DNA from: Flaccisagitta enflata
Taxonomy: Eukaryota
Length of the DNA stretch: 64,000 nucleotides
Direction: 5' to 3'
NCBI GenBank assembly: GCA_965153355.1
Contig: OZ231126.1
Coordinates: 32,426,001 to 32,490,000 of the forward strand
How positions within the stretch are numbered: position 1 is the stretch's first letter; each line of letters begins with the position of its first letter. This document shows positions 41,786-57,337 of this stretch, in pieces. The notes under the pieces are model-generated. The model searched no databases. It saw only the letters and a list, made by a program, of their open reading frames with translations, and had not been told where the DNA came from. Position numbers and translations under genes: made by a program.

Positions 41786-42717
41786 CGTTGTTGTTGTTGT
41801 CATTGTTGTCGTTGTTGTTGTGGTATTATATATTTTTTTTTTTTTATTCCTGTTTAGCTTGTGGGTATTTTTTCTGCCGCTATTGCTATACCACGCCACT
41901 ATCGCAAATATCAAACATTACCTGTGCCAAAGAAGTATGGTGGTTGAAAAATAACATCGCCTTCCCAATACTGCTTATATGAAACAAACTATCGATGGTG
42001 ATGGCGGTAATACCCATGAAATCAGCTGATAAATGTAAAATCCCTTTTAGTCGCATAGCTACGCAACTCTATACCCCGTTTTGTTGGTCTGTCGGTCTAT
42101 TAGTCGGTCCGTCTGTCCGTCACACTTTACTTTTTTTTATGTCTATGGCCTCATCGTTCTGCCAGGCCTGCTCTGGAGTGACTTCTAATACAGCTCTGCT
42201 CACTGTGCACGAGACTGGGGTGGCTGGGTCCATTTGTCAATGATCACTGGGGGATAATCATGTTCGCAGAAAAATTTATTGTCAACGTCGCGCCGGGCAG
42301 GCTAATAAGGTGCGACATGTGGATCGTCGAATGAATGCGTTACCAACCAACCAACCGACCGACCGACCGAGCGACCGAGCGACCAACGGACACAGCCAGT
42401 TATAGAGGTGCTTTGTCGCACCTAAAAACTTCAATTGATTGATTGAGGAATGATCAAAATTCATTCAACTCAATCACCACGGACTAACGGATGGACCGAC
42501 GGACGGACAAAGCCTCTTATAGAGTTGCTTCTCCGCAACTTAAAAGTGATGATGAGAAACAGGAATGGTTGTCGAAGAAATGAATGGGTATGAATGACTG
42601 GCAAAGGTTCACGTGTCTGATTTAATCGATGAGGGAATTAATTTTAAGGGGGTGTTTCTAGTAAGAGACAATCGCGTTTTTAACGGGCCACTCGGTCGCT
42701 CGAGACTCGAGAGAGAG

Positions 42718-42788
<71 letters not shown>

Positions 42789-43544
42789 CGGCAGCGGCAT
42801 CGGCAGATGGGTAGTGGGATTGGAATTGGCAATGGAAAAAAAAACTGACAGAGTCGGCACCGGCATCGGCATCGGCATCGGCATCGGCATCGGCAGATGA
42901 ATCTAGTCTATGTCGGCATCGGCATCGGCAAGGGGGGGAGGGGGGGGTGTGAAGATAGAAATGGCATCAATAGAGAGAGGATGTTAAAGAGATGGAATGA
43001 GTTGGTAATAGTCTGTTTTATGTTACATCAGCGTCGGGATCGGCATCGGCATCCACATTCACATGGGCCCCATGATTTCTCAGGTAAATTATTCATGGCT
43101 CTTCTTAGCTAATTAGTCCGGCTAATGCCCCTCCCCCCCAGGTTGGCATAGTATGGGCCTGAGAGGGCCTGAGAGGGCAGATTTCAGACCTGAGAGGGCG
43201 AAATTCAGGCCTGAGAGGGCAGATTCAATGCCTGAGAGTGCAGATTTCAGGCCTGAGAGGGCAGGTTCAAGGCCTGAAAAGGCATATTGCTGGTCTGAGA
43301 GGGTAAATTTTAGCCCTGAGAGGGCATATTTCAGGCCTGAGAGGTCCTGGGGGGGGACGCACAGACAAACGCACGAACGGACGAACAAAAGTCCCCCTGT
43401 GTTCTACAGGACATAGTCCCCTTCGAGGCCGCTGCCCAAAAGGAAGGGAGGGTGAAATGGAAGTAAGATAGGAGGGGAGGAATGGGAGGAGGGAAGGAAG
43501 GTAGGAATTGAAGGAAAGAAGAAAGAATAGTCGCAAAAGCGTTA

Positions 43545-44326
43545 GATGGTCAGCGGTACCCGTTGCCCCTATATGAGTGTTTGTGGGCGTGAGGTGGTTA
43601 GTGGGGCAGCGGCCCCGAAGGGGCCGATGACCTATGCTGGTTTTATCTGAGTCTCAAGGCTGTGATTTGAGCCTCAAGCCTCAAGGCTGGGATTTGAGCT
43701 TCCAGGCAGAGATTTTAGCTTCACGGCTGGGATTTCAGCTTCAATGCTGGGATTCGAGCTTTGAGGCTGGAATTTGAGCCTCAAGACTAGGATTTGGGCC
43801 TTGAGACTAGGATTGGAGCCTGGAGGCTTGGATTTGAGCCCTGAGGCTGGGATTGGAGCTTCAAGGCTGGGATTTGAGCTTCAAGGCTGGGATTTGAGCT
43901 TCAAGGCTGGGATTTGAGCTTCAAGGCTGGAATTTGAGCTTGGAGGCTGGGATTTGAGCTTCAAGGCTGGAATTTGAGCTTCAAGGCTGGAATTTGAGCT
44001 TGGAGGCTGGCATTTGAGCTTGGAGGCTGGGATTTGAGCTTGGAGGCTGGGATTTGAGCTTGGAGGCTGGGATTTGAGCTTGGAGGCTGGGATTTGAGCT
44101 TGGAGGCTGGGATTTGAGCTTGGAGGCTGGGATTTGAGCTTTGAGGCAGGGATTTGAGCCTTGAGGCTGGGATTTGAGCCTCGAGGCTGGGATTTGTGCC
44201 CCGAGGCTGGAATTTGAGCCTTGAGGCGGGGGGGGGGTACGGAGAAGGAGAAGGAGAAGGAGAAGGAGGAGAAATGTCTCCTGTGTGAAAGCATAGGTCA
44301 TCGGCCCCTTCGGGGCCGCTGCCCAA
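43545..44326 (+). mobile_element. Family A variant carrying a 20-bp satellite (gaggctgggatttgagcttg)
   Basis: gggcagcggccccgaaggggccgatgacctatgc inverted against gcataggtcatcggccccttcggggccgctgccc; related copies at 17208, 45570, 63360. Confidence 0.8.
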
Positions 44327-44860
44327 TATCTAAAAAACAGAATGTACACTACTAAATTAAATTGAGTGTGCAGTTGAACCCCGCTCTAACAGGCCCGCCA
44401 CCAACGAAATTCCGTCTATAACAGATTTATGGTTCTTTTAGCCTATTCTCTTCCATTTCCCATGTTGGAAATAAAAGTTCTATCTATAACAGATAAAACT
44501 TGATGTGCCCTCAAAATTCGTTAGAGCGGGATTTAACTGTAACTAAGGCAACTGCAGTAATGAAAACAAAGTCGCCCATAATTGACCAATGATACCGACG
44601 GACGGATAGATGGCAGGGCAAATCGACCGACACAACATGGTACATAGACGGGAGGGCAGAGGCACACAACCCCCTTTTCCAACTCCCTCCTCCACACCCC
44701 CTTACCCCCCCCCCCCCCACACGGCATCTCAAATTCGCACTTTCACTCTCAAGACTGATAGAGCAACGGGCCGACGGACGGATGGACAGCGGCTAAAAAC
44801 AGAAAAATTAACCATCCCCACCCATTCGTAAGACATAGTTTCTTCCTTTTTTTTTGTCAG

Positions 44861-44971
44861 GTTGGTTCATGGGTAAAGTGGTCGGGACGACTGCGGGCGA
44901 GTCCATGGTCGCAGCTGCCAACATTTTTATCGGACAAACTGAGGCGCCGCTCATCGTCAAACCATTTTTAG
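44861..44971 (+). CDS. SLC28: Concentrative nucleoside transporter (CNT/SLC28) internal exon
   Basis: tttttgtcag| (G)WFMGKVVGTTAGESMVAAANIFIGQTEAPLIVKPFL |gtcggt; hallmark CNT motif NIF.GQTEAPL; phase 1 at both ends. Confidence 0.9.
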   Translation, partial: VGSWVKWSGRLRASPWSQLPTFLSDKLRRRSSSNHF

Positions 44972-45340
44972 GTCGGTGTTATGGCCTTTATAAGGTCAGC
45001 TAACTAAGGTCAGCTTTGCTACAATTTTAATCTTTAGGTCAGCATTGTTCCGATCAGCTAACCAGCATTGTTCCGGTCAGATAATCAGCATATTAGGTCA
45101 GCTTTCCTACAATTGTTAGGTCAATTCATCGTTAAACATTATCAGGGAATAATCGTTATGTATTTATCTAGGTCATACAGTCATACTGATAGTTAGCGTG
45201 CTATGAATCATAGCCTATGATGCAATTTGCACTTACCGGCGTGACTTGTGAGGGCACAAACAGACATTCTTGCTGAGGATGAACATCAGAGTAAGGAAAA
45301 ATTCGGGCAGATTTTAAGAAGATGTTAAAACAAATTACAG

Positions 45341-45478
45341 TAAACATGACGCATTCGGAGTTGCATTCTATCATGACATCGGGTTTTGCTACTGTTGCCG
45401 GCACAGTATTAGGCGCCTATATCAGCTTTGGAGCCAATCCTTCCGACTTGATCACAGCATCATGCATGGCAGCACCAG
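45341..45478 (+). CDS. SLC28: CNT/SLC28 next internal exon
   Basis: ttacag| (V)[45 protein letters not shown] |gtgaat; in phase with the previous exon; conserved MT.SELH..MT.GFAT.AG and AS.MAAP. Confidence 0.92.
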
Positions 45479-45484
45479 GTGAAT

Positions 45485-45572
<88 letters not shown>

Positions 45573-46879
45573 CTTCAAGGCTGGGATTTGAGCTTCAAGG
45601 CTGGGATTTGAGCTTCAAGGCTGGAATTTGAGCTTGGAGGCTGGGATTTGAGCTTCAAGGCTGGAATTTGAGCTTCAAGGCTGGAATTTGAGCTTGGAGG
45701 CTGGCATTTGAGCTTGGAGGCTGGGATTTGAGCTTGGAGGCTGGGATTTGAGCTTGGAGGCTGGGATTTGAGCTTGGAGGCTGGGATTTGAGCTTGGAGG
45801 CTGGGATTTGAGCTTGGAGGCTGGGATTTGAGCTTTGAGGCAGGGATTTGAGCCTTGAGGCTGGGATTTGAGCCTCGAGGCTGGGATTTGTGCCCCGAGG
45901 CTGGAATTTGAGCCTTGAGGCGGGGGGGGGGTACGGAGAAGGAGAAGGAGAAGGAGAAGGAGGAGAAATGTCTCCTGTGTGAAAGCATAGGTCATCGGCC
46001 CCTTCGGGGCCGCTGCCCAAAAAAGGGAGGAATTAGAATAAGGAAGGGAGCAATGGAAACTAGTCATCCACCAACCCATTGCATAATGAATTCTGTAGTA
46101 ACGCCATTTACGGTATTCTCAATGGCAACCAAACGCCATTTTGGCGTCTATATGGCGTTATTTGAGGCGTTATTATTATTGTCATCGCTGTCATTTTTTT
46201 CTCCATCTTTTTTTACTCACTATGGATTTTTTGTAATCATTTGAAAAAAAAACCAAAGATAGAAAAAATGTTATATAATATATAAACTATCAATAATGAT
46301 TTTTTTTATTTTTCTCTCTTCATTTTTCATTTTTCATTTTTCATTTTTCATTTTTCATTTTTCATTTTTCATTTTCCGTTTTCCATTTTCCATTTTTTAT
46401 TTTTCACTTTTCATTTTTCACTTTTTACTTTTCATTTTTTAGTTTTTAGTTTTTATCTTTTTTTTACTTTTTTACTTTTCATTTTTCACTTTTTAGTTTT
46501 TTTCTTTTTTTTTTAACTTTTTGACTTTTTGACTTTTTTTTTTTACTTTTTTCCTTTTGATTTTTCGACTTTTAATTTTTGATATACAGTTTTTCTTTTT
46601 TCTCTTTTTTTAACCTTGAATGTTTAAGGTTTCATATTAAAATTCTAGTTTCATAAACTTTAATTTTCTATTCTTTAGAATTTTTGTATAGTAGCATTTA
46701 TATATTCCTTTTATCAAAAATGTTTTGATAAAAAATGACAAAAGTTTGAAAATGATCAATCATTCTCCCACATGCTTAACATGAGATTCAATAACATCGA
46801 CGTAACATAAATGCTGAAACGATTCTCTTGGTTTTGGTCTCAGTCTCTCGTAGAGGAATAACTACAGAGATACAGTGAT

Positions 46880-46932
<53 letters not shown>

Positions 46933-47314
46933 TAGACACAAACATTTCGTTTTATGTTTGTTGACTAGCTTTGAATAACTTTGAATAGCTTTTTATAGCT
47001 TCAAATAGTTGTAAATAGCTTTTGATACCTTTTTATAGCTTTAAATAGACCGTAACGACCAGAAACGAAGTCGTAATATGCAAAAATTGTAACTATAGTG
47101 TCTTTGATGCTATTGGGAAATAGCAAAACGTGACAAAAAACGGGTTTCCGAATTTTCTACGCAATCCGTTGTCATCCACTGATCGAATATGTTCAGCGGC
47201 ACCAGATGCCCTGCTTTAAGTGATGAGCTGCAGAAATTGAGTGAGAGCAGGGCAGCGGCCCCAAAGGACCAATGTCTTTTAGGACACAGGGGTGAATTAC
47301 CAAACTTCCTAAGA

Positions 47315-48170
47315 GTAGGCCTTGATCTACAACTTGGAATTTCTAAGGCTGAAAGCGGATCTCGCTTTGAAAAAAACTCGCCCCCTGAAGTGTTGACTGT
47401 TGTTACAGGCTCTATACGCCACCGATCTAGGCGTTCTTGGTCTTGTTCGACAGAGATTTGATTTCTCTCGCCGTCGGCTTTAACTAAACATTATTATTTT
47501 CTTCTTAGGGGCCCCTAAGGGCCCCCAAAAAAGCCCTTATTGAGATTTTTTTTTTTGAAAAAAAAAGTGGAGTGCAATCAATAGGAAATTGTTTGATTTG
47601 CCTAGATCCAAAATCCTGCATTTTCATTTTTTTTTCAGAAAACTTAAAAAATTCTTTTGTCGCGCGTCAGGGACTTAGAAAAAAAATCACTAAATATTTT
47701 TTTTTGAAAAATGGTTTTTGAAAGTGGGGTGTTATCAATAGGAAATTGTTTGATTTGCCTAGATCCAAAATCTTTTATTTTCATTTTTTTTTTCAAAAAA
47801 CTTTGAAATTTTTTTGTATCGCGCGGCAGGGACTTAAGAAAAAATCTCAAAATATTTTTTTGAAAAATGGTTTTCAAAAGTGGGGTGCAGTTGATAGGAA
47901 ATTGTTTTATTCGCCTAGATCCAAAACCTGTAAAATGATTTTTTTCAAAAAATTTTGAAATTTGATTGGGGGCGAGTTCAAAGAAAAAACGGAAAAAAAG
48001 AATGTCGGTTTTTTCTTTTACTTTATTAGTATGAAAAAGGCCGTAACTTCTAAACTATTGATGCGATTGTCCTGAAATTTGAAATACTAGCTGACGTCAT
48101 GCTTCTCGACGTACGAGCTAAAAATCTCGATTGTGAACCGTCATAAAGTTGGACGCACTTCTTTGCCTAC
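47315..48170. mobile_element. 856-bp insertion with short TIR (GTAGGC/GCCTAC) and ~157-bp internal tandem repeat, nested in a family A element
   Basis: TAAGA duplicated at 47310-47314 and 48171-48175; removal restores ttcctaagagggca, matching gtcctgagagggca at ~36033. Confidence 0.75.
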
Positions 48171-49074
48171 TAAGAGGGCACTATGGAGGACTTATCTGAT
48201 TTCTTTTAGGGCAAATATGAGGCATCCAGAGGCTGACTTGACGCCTCATAAGAGAGCCAATATGATGCATGAGGGCAGATTCGAGGCCTGAGAGGGTAAT
48301 CTGAAGGCGAGATTGAAGCCAGAAAGGTCAGATTAGAGGCTTGAGAGGGCAAATTTCAGACAAGAGATGGCTAACTACAAGCATGACATGGGTGATTTTA
48401 GATGGAGGGACAGACAACTGGAAATTCACCTTTGTTTGCTACAGTACATCGGCCTTTTAGGTCGATGCTGAAAAAGGGAGGAGGGTAGGATTGAAAGGAA
48501 AGAAGGAAGGAAGGAAGGCAAAAAGGGAGAAATGGCAAGAAGAAATTAACAAATGCGTCCCCCAAATCAAATGTAAAAGCATAGATCATCGGTCCAGAAG
48601 GAAGGAAGGAATGAAGAAGGGAGGAAAAGGAGGAACAAAAGAACGAGGAGAAGAAAGGAAGTAAGGTTGTAACCAAGCAGGGAATAGATGTAAGGGAGGT
48701 CGAAATAGTAGGAAGGGTGGATGGGAGGAATGGGTGAAGGAAGATGTGTAATTGCAAAAATAAGCACGCGACTGTCGCCATCTTGTTGTAAGTGGAAAGA
48801 GGGAGACTCCTGTTTTGAGTGTCTGCTATTTTCTTTGCGTCGTCTCACTGGGGGGAATTTCCTCCACTTTCCTCCTTTTTTGTCTCACTAGAGGGAATTT
48901 TAGTGAGAAAAAATTCCCTCCAGTGAGACTACATTTTTTTCCCTTAAGTGAGACTCTTTTTTTGGTCTCACTGGAGGGAATTTTTTGGTTTCTCACTTAA
49001 GGGAAAAAAATCGTCTCACTAAGGGGATTCCCCCCGATTGGAGCGTTTCCATTTCTTTAGTGTTTTTACATTAG

Positions 49075-50115
<1,041 letters not shown>

Positions 50116-50260
50116 CTACAAAATTGTTGTTCTGGTGTTGATTGTTGAATTCAGTCGAATCTTCCGAACAAGGAAGTAGAGAAAAGGGAGTGCAAAAGAT
50201 GACGTCGTATGAGGAGGTGGAGGACAACATATAGTACTGTTGTTTTTGTTGTCGTTGTCG

Positions 50261-50424
<164 letters not shown>

Positions 50425-50750
50425 GAAAGGGAGTGCAACGAATTCGTATGAAAAATGATGAAGAGGATGTAGTGAGGCGTAGTTGAGGAAAAAAGTGGAG
50501 AGCATTAAAAACGGGAAATGAAGTTGACTAATTTGTTGTCTTGATCAAAATCGTTTCTGAGAACTGTAGAAGAGAGATAAAAGATGGTTGATAATACGGA
50601 CAGGTGGTACTCTAGTTGGTCACGTTAGGGATTTCAATCCGTGTCTTTTGTTTTAAAGTGTTTTTACGCGGGTAGTGTTTTAGGGTTAGGGGTAGGGTTA
50701 GGGTTAGGGATGGGGTGGGTGTTAGGGTTAGGGATAGGGTTGGGTTATTA

Positions 50751-51084
50751 GGGGTGGGGGAAATGCACTTTAGTCAACAGATCAAGTTGCAGATGAAGAA
50801 AATGTCATAATAAAATAAGAATAGATAGTATGCCAAATTTCAGGGCCTTTGGAACAGTTTTAGCCTAGCCCTCCACCCCCCTCCTGCCCCATTATAAAAG
50901 ATAGGAAACTTTTGAGGCCAAAATCATTCCTATACATTTTCTATGGGAAATCAGGGAGGTGGAGGGCTAGGTTGAAACTGCTCCAAAGGCCCTGAAACTT
51001 GGCATACTATCTATTCTTATCATATTATGACATTTCCTTCATCTGCAACTTGATCTGTTGACTAGAGTGCATTTCCCCCACCCC
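50751..51084. mobile_element. MITE with ~125-bp TIRs, GGGG termini, TA flanks
   Basis: ta|ggggtgggggaaatgcact...agtgcatttcccccacccc|ta. Confidence 0.9.
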
Positions 51085-51234
51085 TATTGGGTTGTAGATA
51101 GATTTAGGGCAAGGTGTGGACTTGGTTTTGTATGTTTTAACTCGAGTGCGCTTGAATTAAAGATTTGCTCTTGCGGGAAAAAACAAATGCACCGGATTGA
51201 ATTCCCTAAGATTACCCTCTAGTTTGTATCCGGC

Positions 51235-51433
<199 letters not shown>

Positions 51434-51507
51434 AACAAACAAACAAACAAACAAACAAACAAACAAACAAACAAACAAACAAACAAACAAAAAAACAAAC
51501 ACACACA

Positions 51508-51546
<39 letters not shown>

Positions 51547-52985
51547 AAACGCTAAAGAAGATAAACGCAAAAGAAGACAAACAAATCTGGGTTAGTTTTC
51601 ATCAAAGCGTCGATGCAAGCAGTGAGAGCGAGTGGAGTTGCGTGGCTCGATGCTAATGTAAGATGCAACGGATGATTCGTGAGGTTAGTCGTGAGCCGCG
51701 TAAATCATAACGCACGGAAAGAATAAGTCAAGAAGATCAGCTGTGTTGTATGTGTCGAGTTGTAACGGTCGCTCGTAAGCGCCTTAGGACCGATCGCAAG
51801 CTGGATATGAGCCTGTTGCAGGAGGATTAGGTATCGCAATCATGGCAAAGGCGTAAAGTAGGTCAACTGCGATAATGATAAGCAACTGAAAGTCAAGTAG
51901 GTCAGATACGATTATGATAACCAACTGAAAGTTAAGTAGGCCTAGACCGTCTTGAGCGGTTATGAATCATGATTTTCGATTATCAGATAATGGCTCCAAG
52001 TACTTGCCTTCAAGCATCCAACATCTAGCTTCTAGTTTCTAGCTTATAACTTGTAGATTCTGGCAAGTGTGATGATCATTAACTCTTAAAGCTAAATGTC
52101 CAAGACTAAAGTTGAAACACTATTTCTTGTATTGGATACCGGATTAAAAACTTTGATTGTGCCACAACTGCCGAGCAAGATACCCAAGTCATGTGTAGCC
52201 ATTGTTACACTAGCTGCAGCGTTTTCTTAATGTATGTCTTCAGTTTGTTGGGTGATTCTTATGTTAAAAAGAAAACTTCTATAGAATGAATAAATGAATT
52301 TAATTTATGACGATGATATGCAAAAGAGGTGTACGAATTACACAATACATCCATTACTATCAAGGGATAGCCAGAAAAGTCGAGGAACTTATTTCCATCT
52401 GGGTCCCGTTGGTTGTCTTTTTGCCTGTCTATGAGAAAATCTAGTTTATGTTTGATATGCTTACGCAAGTGGCTAACCGTCTGGCGACACTTGACAGACA
52501 AGTAGACCACCAATGAACAGGATCACTGAAGACCAGATATCAAAGCCGCTGATGTTGCAAAAATGTTCACAGTCACTGTCGTTATCTTGCGATCTTTATA
52601 GTTAAACTGGCGAAAAACGTTTACAAGAACCCAGCTATCCGACAATGTTCAAACGGGGACTTGCAATGACGTTCTTTGGCAATGATCATCTCTCGCGATG
52701 ATGTCTTTATTGTGCCAATCTCAAGTTTCTCCATACTGGCTACCACGTTTGCTGGTGGTATCTGACTATCTCTAAACTTCTTTCTGGGAATAACGTTCAT
52801 CATCATACGTACTGGCAATGACGGTCACCGGCAAGAATGCGATCAGGCAATCTTCATACAGGCAATGATATTCACTGACAATAAGCGATCAGGCAATCCC
52901 TACACTAGCAGTAACGTTCACTGGCGACTCGACCATTAAGATATGAATTGGCGATATTCGGAGGAGAATATCCAAAATGAACGAA

Positions 52986-53205
52986 GAGATGCACGATGGC
53001 ACAAGGATCTCTATGACGAAGCATAATGGTGCGAGAATCGATGTAAGGAAGCACGATGGTACGAGGATCGATATGACAAAGCACTATGGTATGTGGATGA
53101 ATATGAGGAAGCACAATGGCACAAGGATCTCTATGACTAAGCAAAATGGTACAAGGATAGATAAAAAGAAGCACTATGGTACAAGGATCAATATGAGGAA
53201 GCACA
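52986..53205. repeat. Degenerate 30-bp minisatellite, ~7 copies
   Basis: Unit approximately gaagcacgatggtacgaggatcgatatgac. Confidence 0.85.
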
Positions 53206-53646
53206 GCTGCTCCTTGAACAAGTTCATCCACAGAAAACCAATCAATTTATCATAAAAATAATGATAAGTACCTTTAGACATGCATTTGTGCCCGGAAAAT
53301 CGAGATATTTTTCAACCTTTGAGTTTGTTTAGTATGTCTTGAAACACAAGCATGGCAGATTAACTAATAACTGGTTGCAGTCATGATCTCATTGATAGGC
53401 AGATACACAAAGAATCTCATGAGGTTTTTTGAACTGATTAAAAAACAATATGCTTGACAGGAACTTTTTGTGAATATGTGTAGATTATAGAAATAGAAAT
53501 ATCACAGTAAGAAAAAGACCTACACTGTCACTGTCTCGATTTTGGTATGATCAATCAAAAGTGGAACCCACTCGGCACTTTCAGTTGTTCTATTGATAGA
53601 AAGAGCGGACAAACGGAAATCCCTTTTGGGTCGTTATAGACAGAGC

Positions 53647-53801
<155 letters not shown>

Positions 53802-54890
53802 TGTGCCAATAACTGGACGATTATATGCCTGAATCGGGCGAACCCAGCTGAGTCCAGGAGTGAGGCCATAGCTGAGGCCAGAGAGCTGAATCTCCAGCAA
53901 CTCAATATAACATAACAAGGCCGGATTCACGGCTACCCCAGTCGCGTGCGGGTGGGCAGGGGCCGTATTTGAGGTCACTTCATTATTTGAGCAGGAGCAG
54001 TGAGGCCAAAGACCGCAAGAATCCAGAAAAAAGTAAAGTGTGACGGACGGATGGACGTACGGACGGAACGACGGACCGACGGACGGACCGACAAAGCGGG
54101 GTTTAGAGTCATCCAACAGCCACTGGCACTGGAAAACTGGATGAGGAAAAAGAGGCTTTCACAGAAAATCATATTTCAGCGTGTTTTTTGTTTTTTTGTC
54201 GCTTCTTACGCGACTCTATAAGAGGGTGTGTCCGTCGGACTGTCGGTACGTATGTCCACCGATAGGTAGGTCTGTAAACTGATATATTAGTTGGTGGTGC
54301 TATTTTTTGATGAAGTGAAGTTGTATCCCTGCCAACCCATATTACAGTCCATACAACTGCAACTGCAGACGAATATCTATTTCCCTTCGGTAATTAGCCC
54401 TTTTTTTCATTGCGCTAATGAGGATTGAGTCGCGCTTTGTCTACTTATATTTCACTTTCCACTTTCCACTATTTATGACCACTTTCCACTATTTATTTCC
54501 CTATACTATACAGAAATGAGTAGCTTTTGAATGTTTTATTTTACTTTTATATGTTTAGTTTATTTCTCACAAACGTTTTCCTAAAGTTTTTTGTAAGATA
54601 CTTTTTGTTGCACATTTCAAATTTCATATAAATACAGGAATTCATACACAAGAAAAGGTGTTCTGTAACACAGCGTGCACGTGGGTGCGCCCTCATACGG
54701 ACAGAAACAGTGCGAGAGAAAGAGGTATAGACAAACAAAGATCGAGACAGACACAAACATTAGATGGGGACAGACGCAATTCCTGCTTACTAGAGCACTA
54801 TCTATCAAACAAAGACCATCCATTCATTTTAATATGACAAAATTATAAACAAATATTCGGTTTTTCCCCTCTTCAAACACAGAGTGAGAC

Positions 54891-55023
<133 letters not shown>

Positions 55024-55669
55024 GACAGACAGACAGAGACAGTCGAATAGACGCAAAGACAGAAAAATAGAAATTATGAAAGGCAGTAAGTGACGCGAAA
55101 TAAAAGTTTCTTTTGACTTATGTGACAATTTGGCATAGAATGCACAGCAGGTCACAGAGATCAATGCTCATGAATACAAAAAAAAACACTGGCTGGAATA
55201 TTTGTTTTTTTGGTGGGGAAAAGATTTTGGTTAAGGGGAGGGAGGAAGGGACAATAAGGGAGAAAGTGGAGTTAGGAGGTAAGAGGGAAAGGGGATGAAC
55301 AGGCTGGGAAGAGAAGGAGGGGGAGTGAGGGAAGGAAAGGGGCTGAAGGAGGAAGATAGAGATTGGAGAGCATGAGGGGGGGAAGATGGGGGTGAAGGAC
55401 GTAGGAAGGGCGGGCTATCCAGGGTGAGGGGGTGAGTGTGAGTCGTCTTGGCGAAGTCATGTAAATGTTTCTTCTATTTTCTGCCATTTCTGAGGGACTT
55501 GGATCGTTAGTAAGTTGTTTAATCGGTACAATTTCAGTTATTTCACTGTCTGTTGACGAGCAAATGAAATGAAAACACAGACAAAAAAAAAGAAGCATAT
55601 GAAGAATAAAATTATGGAATTTTAACTCTACTTCAAACGCACCATTACACTTAAATAAACAAGATCCTA

Positions 55670-56455
55670 CAGTTAACCCCGCTCTGACGGACCTGCCACC
55701 AATGGAATTCCCCCTACAACAACTGCAAATTCATGGTCCCTTCGAGTTGATTTCTTTTTTTTTGCCTTTGTTGGCAAAAACAGAATAACAGAATGCCTAC
55801 AGTACGATGGGAGCAATGACGACCTAGACTGGAGGATAGATCTTAGGTATCCTAATTTTATTTGTATCATAAAATATCTTAGATCTAGGCTGATTGAAGG
55901 TTGCTCTATTGAGTGAATGCATTTACGTCTCTTAAACTTTAACTTGTGACTTGACCTCATGAAGACTTCATTTTTCAAAGTTCTAATCTATTTTATTAGA
56001 TTAGGCGAAAAATTTTGTATAGATTTGAAAAAAAAAAATGAGCTCAATTGGATTATTTTTACAAGTTTTTTGGCTATCTTTAATAAACAAAATTTATGCA
56101 AATTAGTTTTTGGGAAAAACTTAAAACGGCCTTAAAACCTGTAAAAATGAACCAATTTAGCTGATTTTTTTTCAAAATCATATAAAGTTTTTTATCCAAT
56201 TTATTGAGTTAGATTATAACTTCAAAAAATGAAGTCTTGATGAGGTCAAGTCCCAATTTGAAGTTTGAGAGATGCAAATCTATTCACTCAATAGAGCAAC
56301 CTTTAATTAGCCTAGATCTCACATTATCCATAATACAAATGAAATTAAGATACCTAAAATCTATCCTCCACTCTAGGTCATCATTGCTCCCATTGTACTG
56401 TATAACAGAAGAAAATTGTTGGTTCCCTGAAATCCGTTAGAGCGGCGATTAACTG
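55670..56455. mobile_element. TA-flanked MITE (CAGTTAA..CCGCTCT TIR) hosting a second MITE
   Basis: ta|cagttaaccccgctctgacgga ... tccgttagagcggcgattaactg|ta; uninterrupted relative at 44371-44540. Confidence 0.8.
55800..56400. mobile_element. Nested TA-flanked MITE with long (>200 bp) TIRs
   Basis: ta|cagtacgatgggagcaatgacgacctaga ... tctaggtcatcattgctcccattgtactg|ta. Confidence 0.9.
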
Positions 56456-56620
56456 TATATCTAAGGGCAGATGGAGTGTGAGATATTTACTGCACACTGA
56501 GCACAATTGTATTTGCTTTGAAAGGCCAATGAATCGTGAATCATGATGCCATTGGAATGAAATACTAAGACGCCTCCATGTTTGCTATCCCCAGGAGAAA
56601 AAACAACACAGAGACCAAGT

Positions 56621-56852
<232 letters not shown>

Positions 56853-57266
56853 CTAAGTGTTTGAATGCCATAGAAAGAGAGCGTTCGATGTCAAAGTAGT
56901 GTGGCTAAGTAAAATGGTGATGAATATTTATGTCCAATGGACGATTTTCTAGCAGGACGTTGGCATTTGGTTTTGAATTCATTAAATGAAATTTGCAAGT
57001 TATCCTCATAAAAAGCATGTGCAAAGGACAAAAAAAAACAAAAAAAAAAAAAAAAACAAAAGAAACATTAGGAAATCTTTTAACACGTGATGCAAACAAT
57101 TAAAACAAAATTACAAAGGAAACCAAAGAACTGCGAGGAAATCACATTACCAACCATTTTTTTCTCTTGCCCTTAATGTGATACAATTACATTAAGGAGA
57201 AATGATAGAAGAGCAAGAGCAAGACCAAGGAGAATTCACGAGCATACATAACCCCAAAAAGTGCCT

Positions 57267-57337
<71 letters not shown>

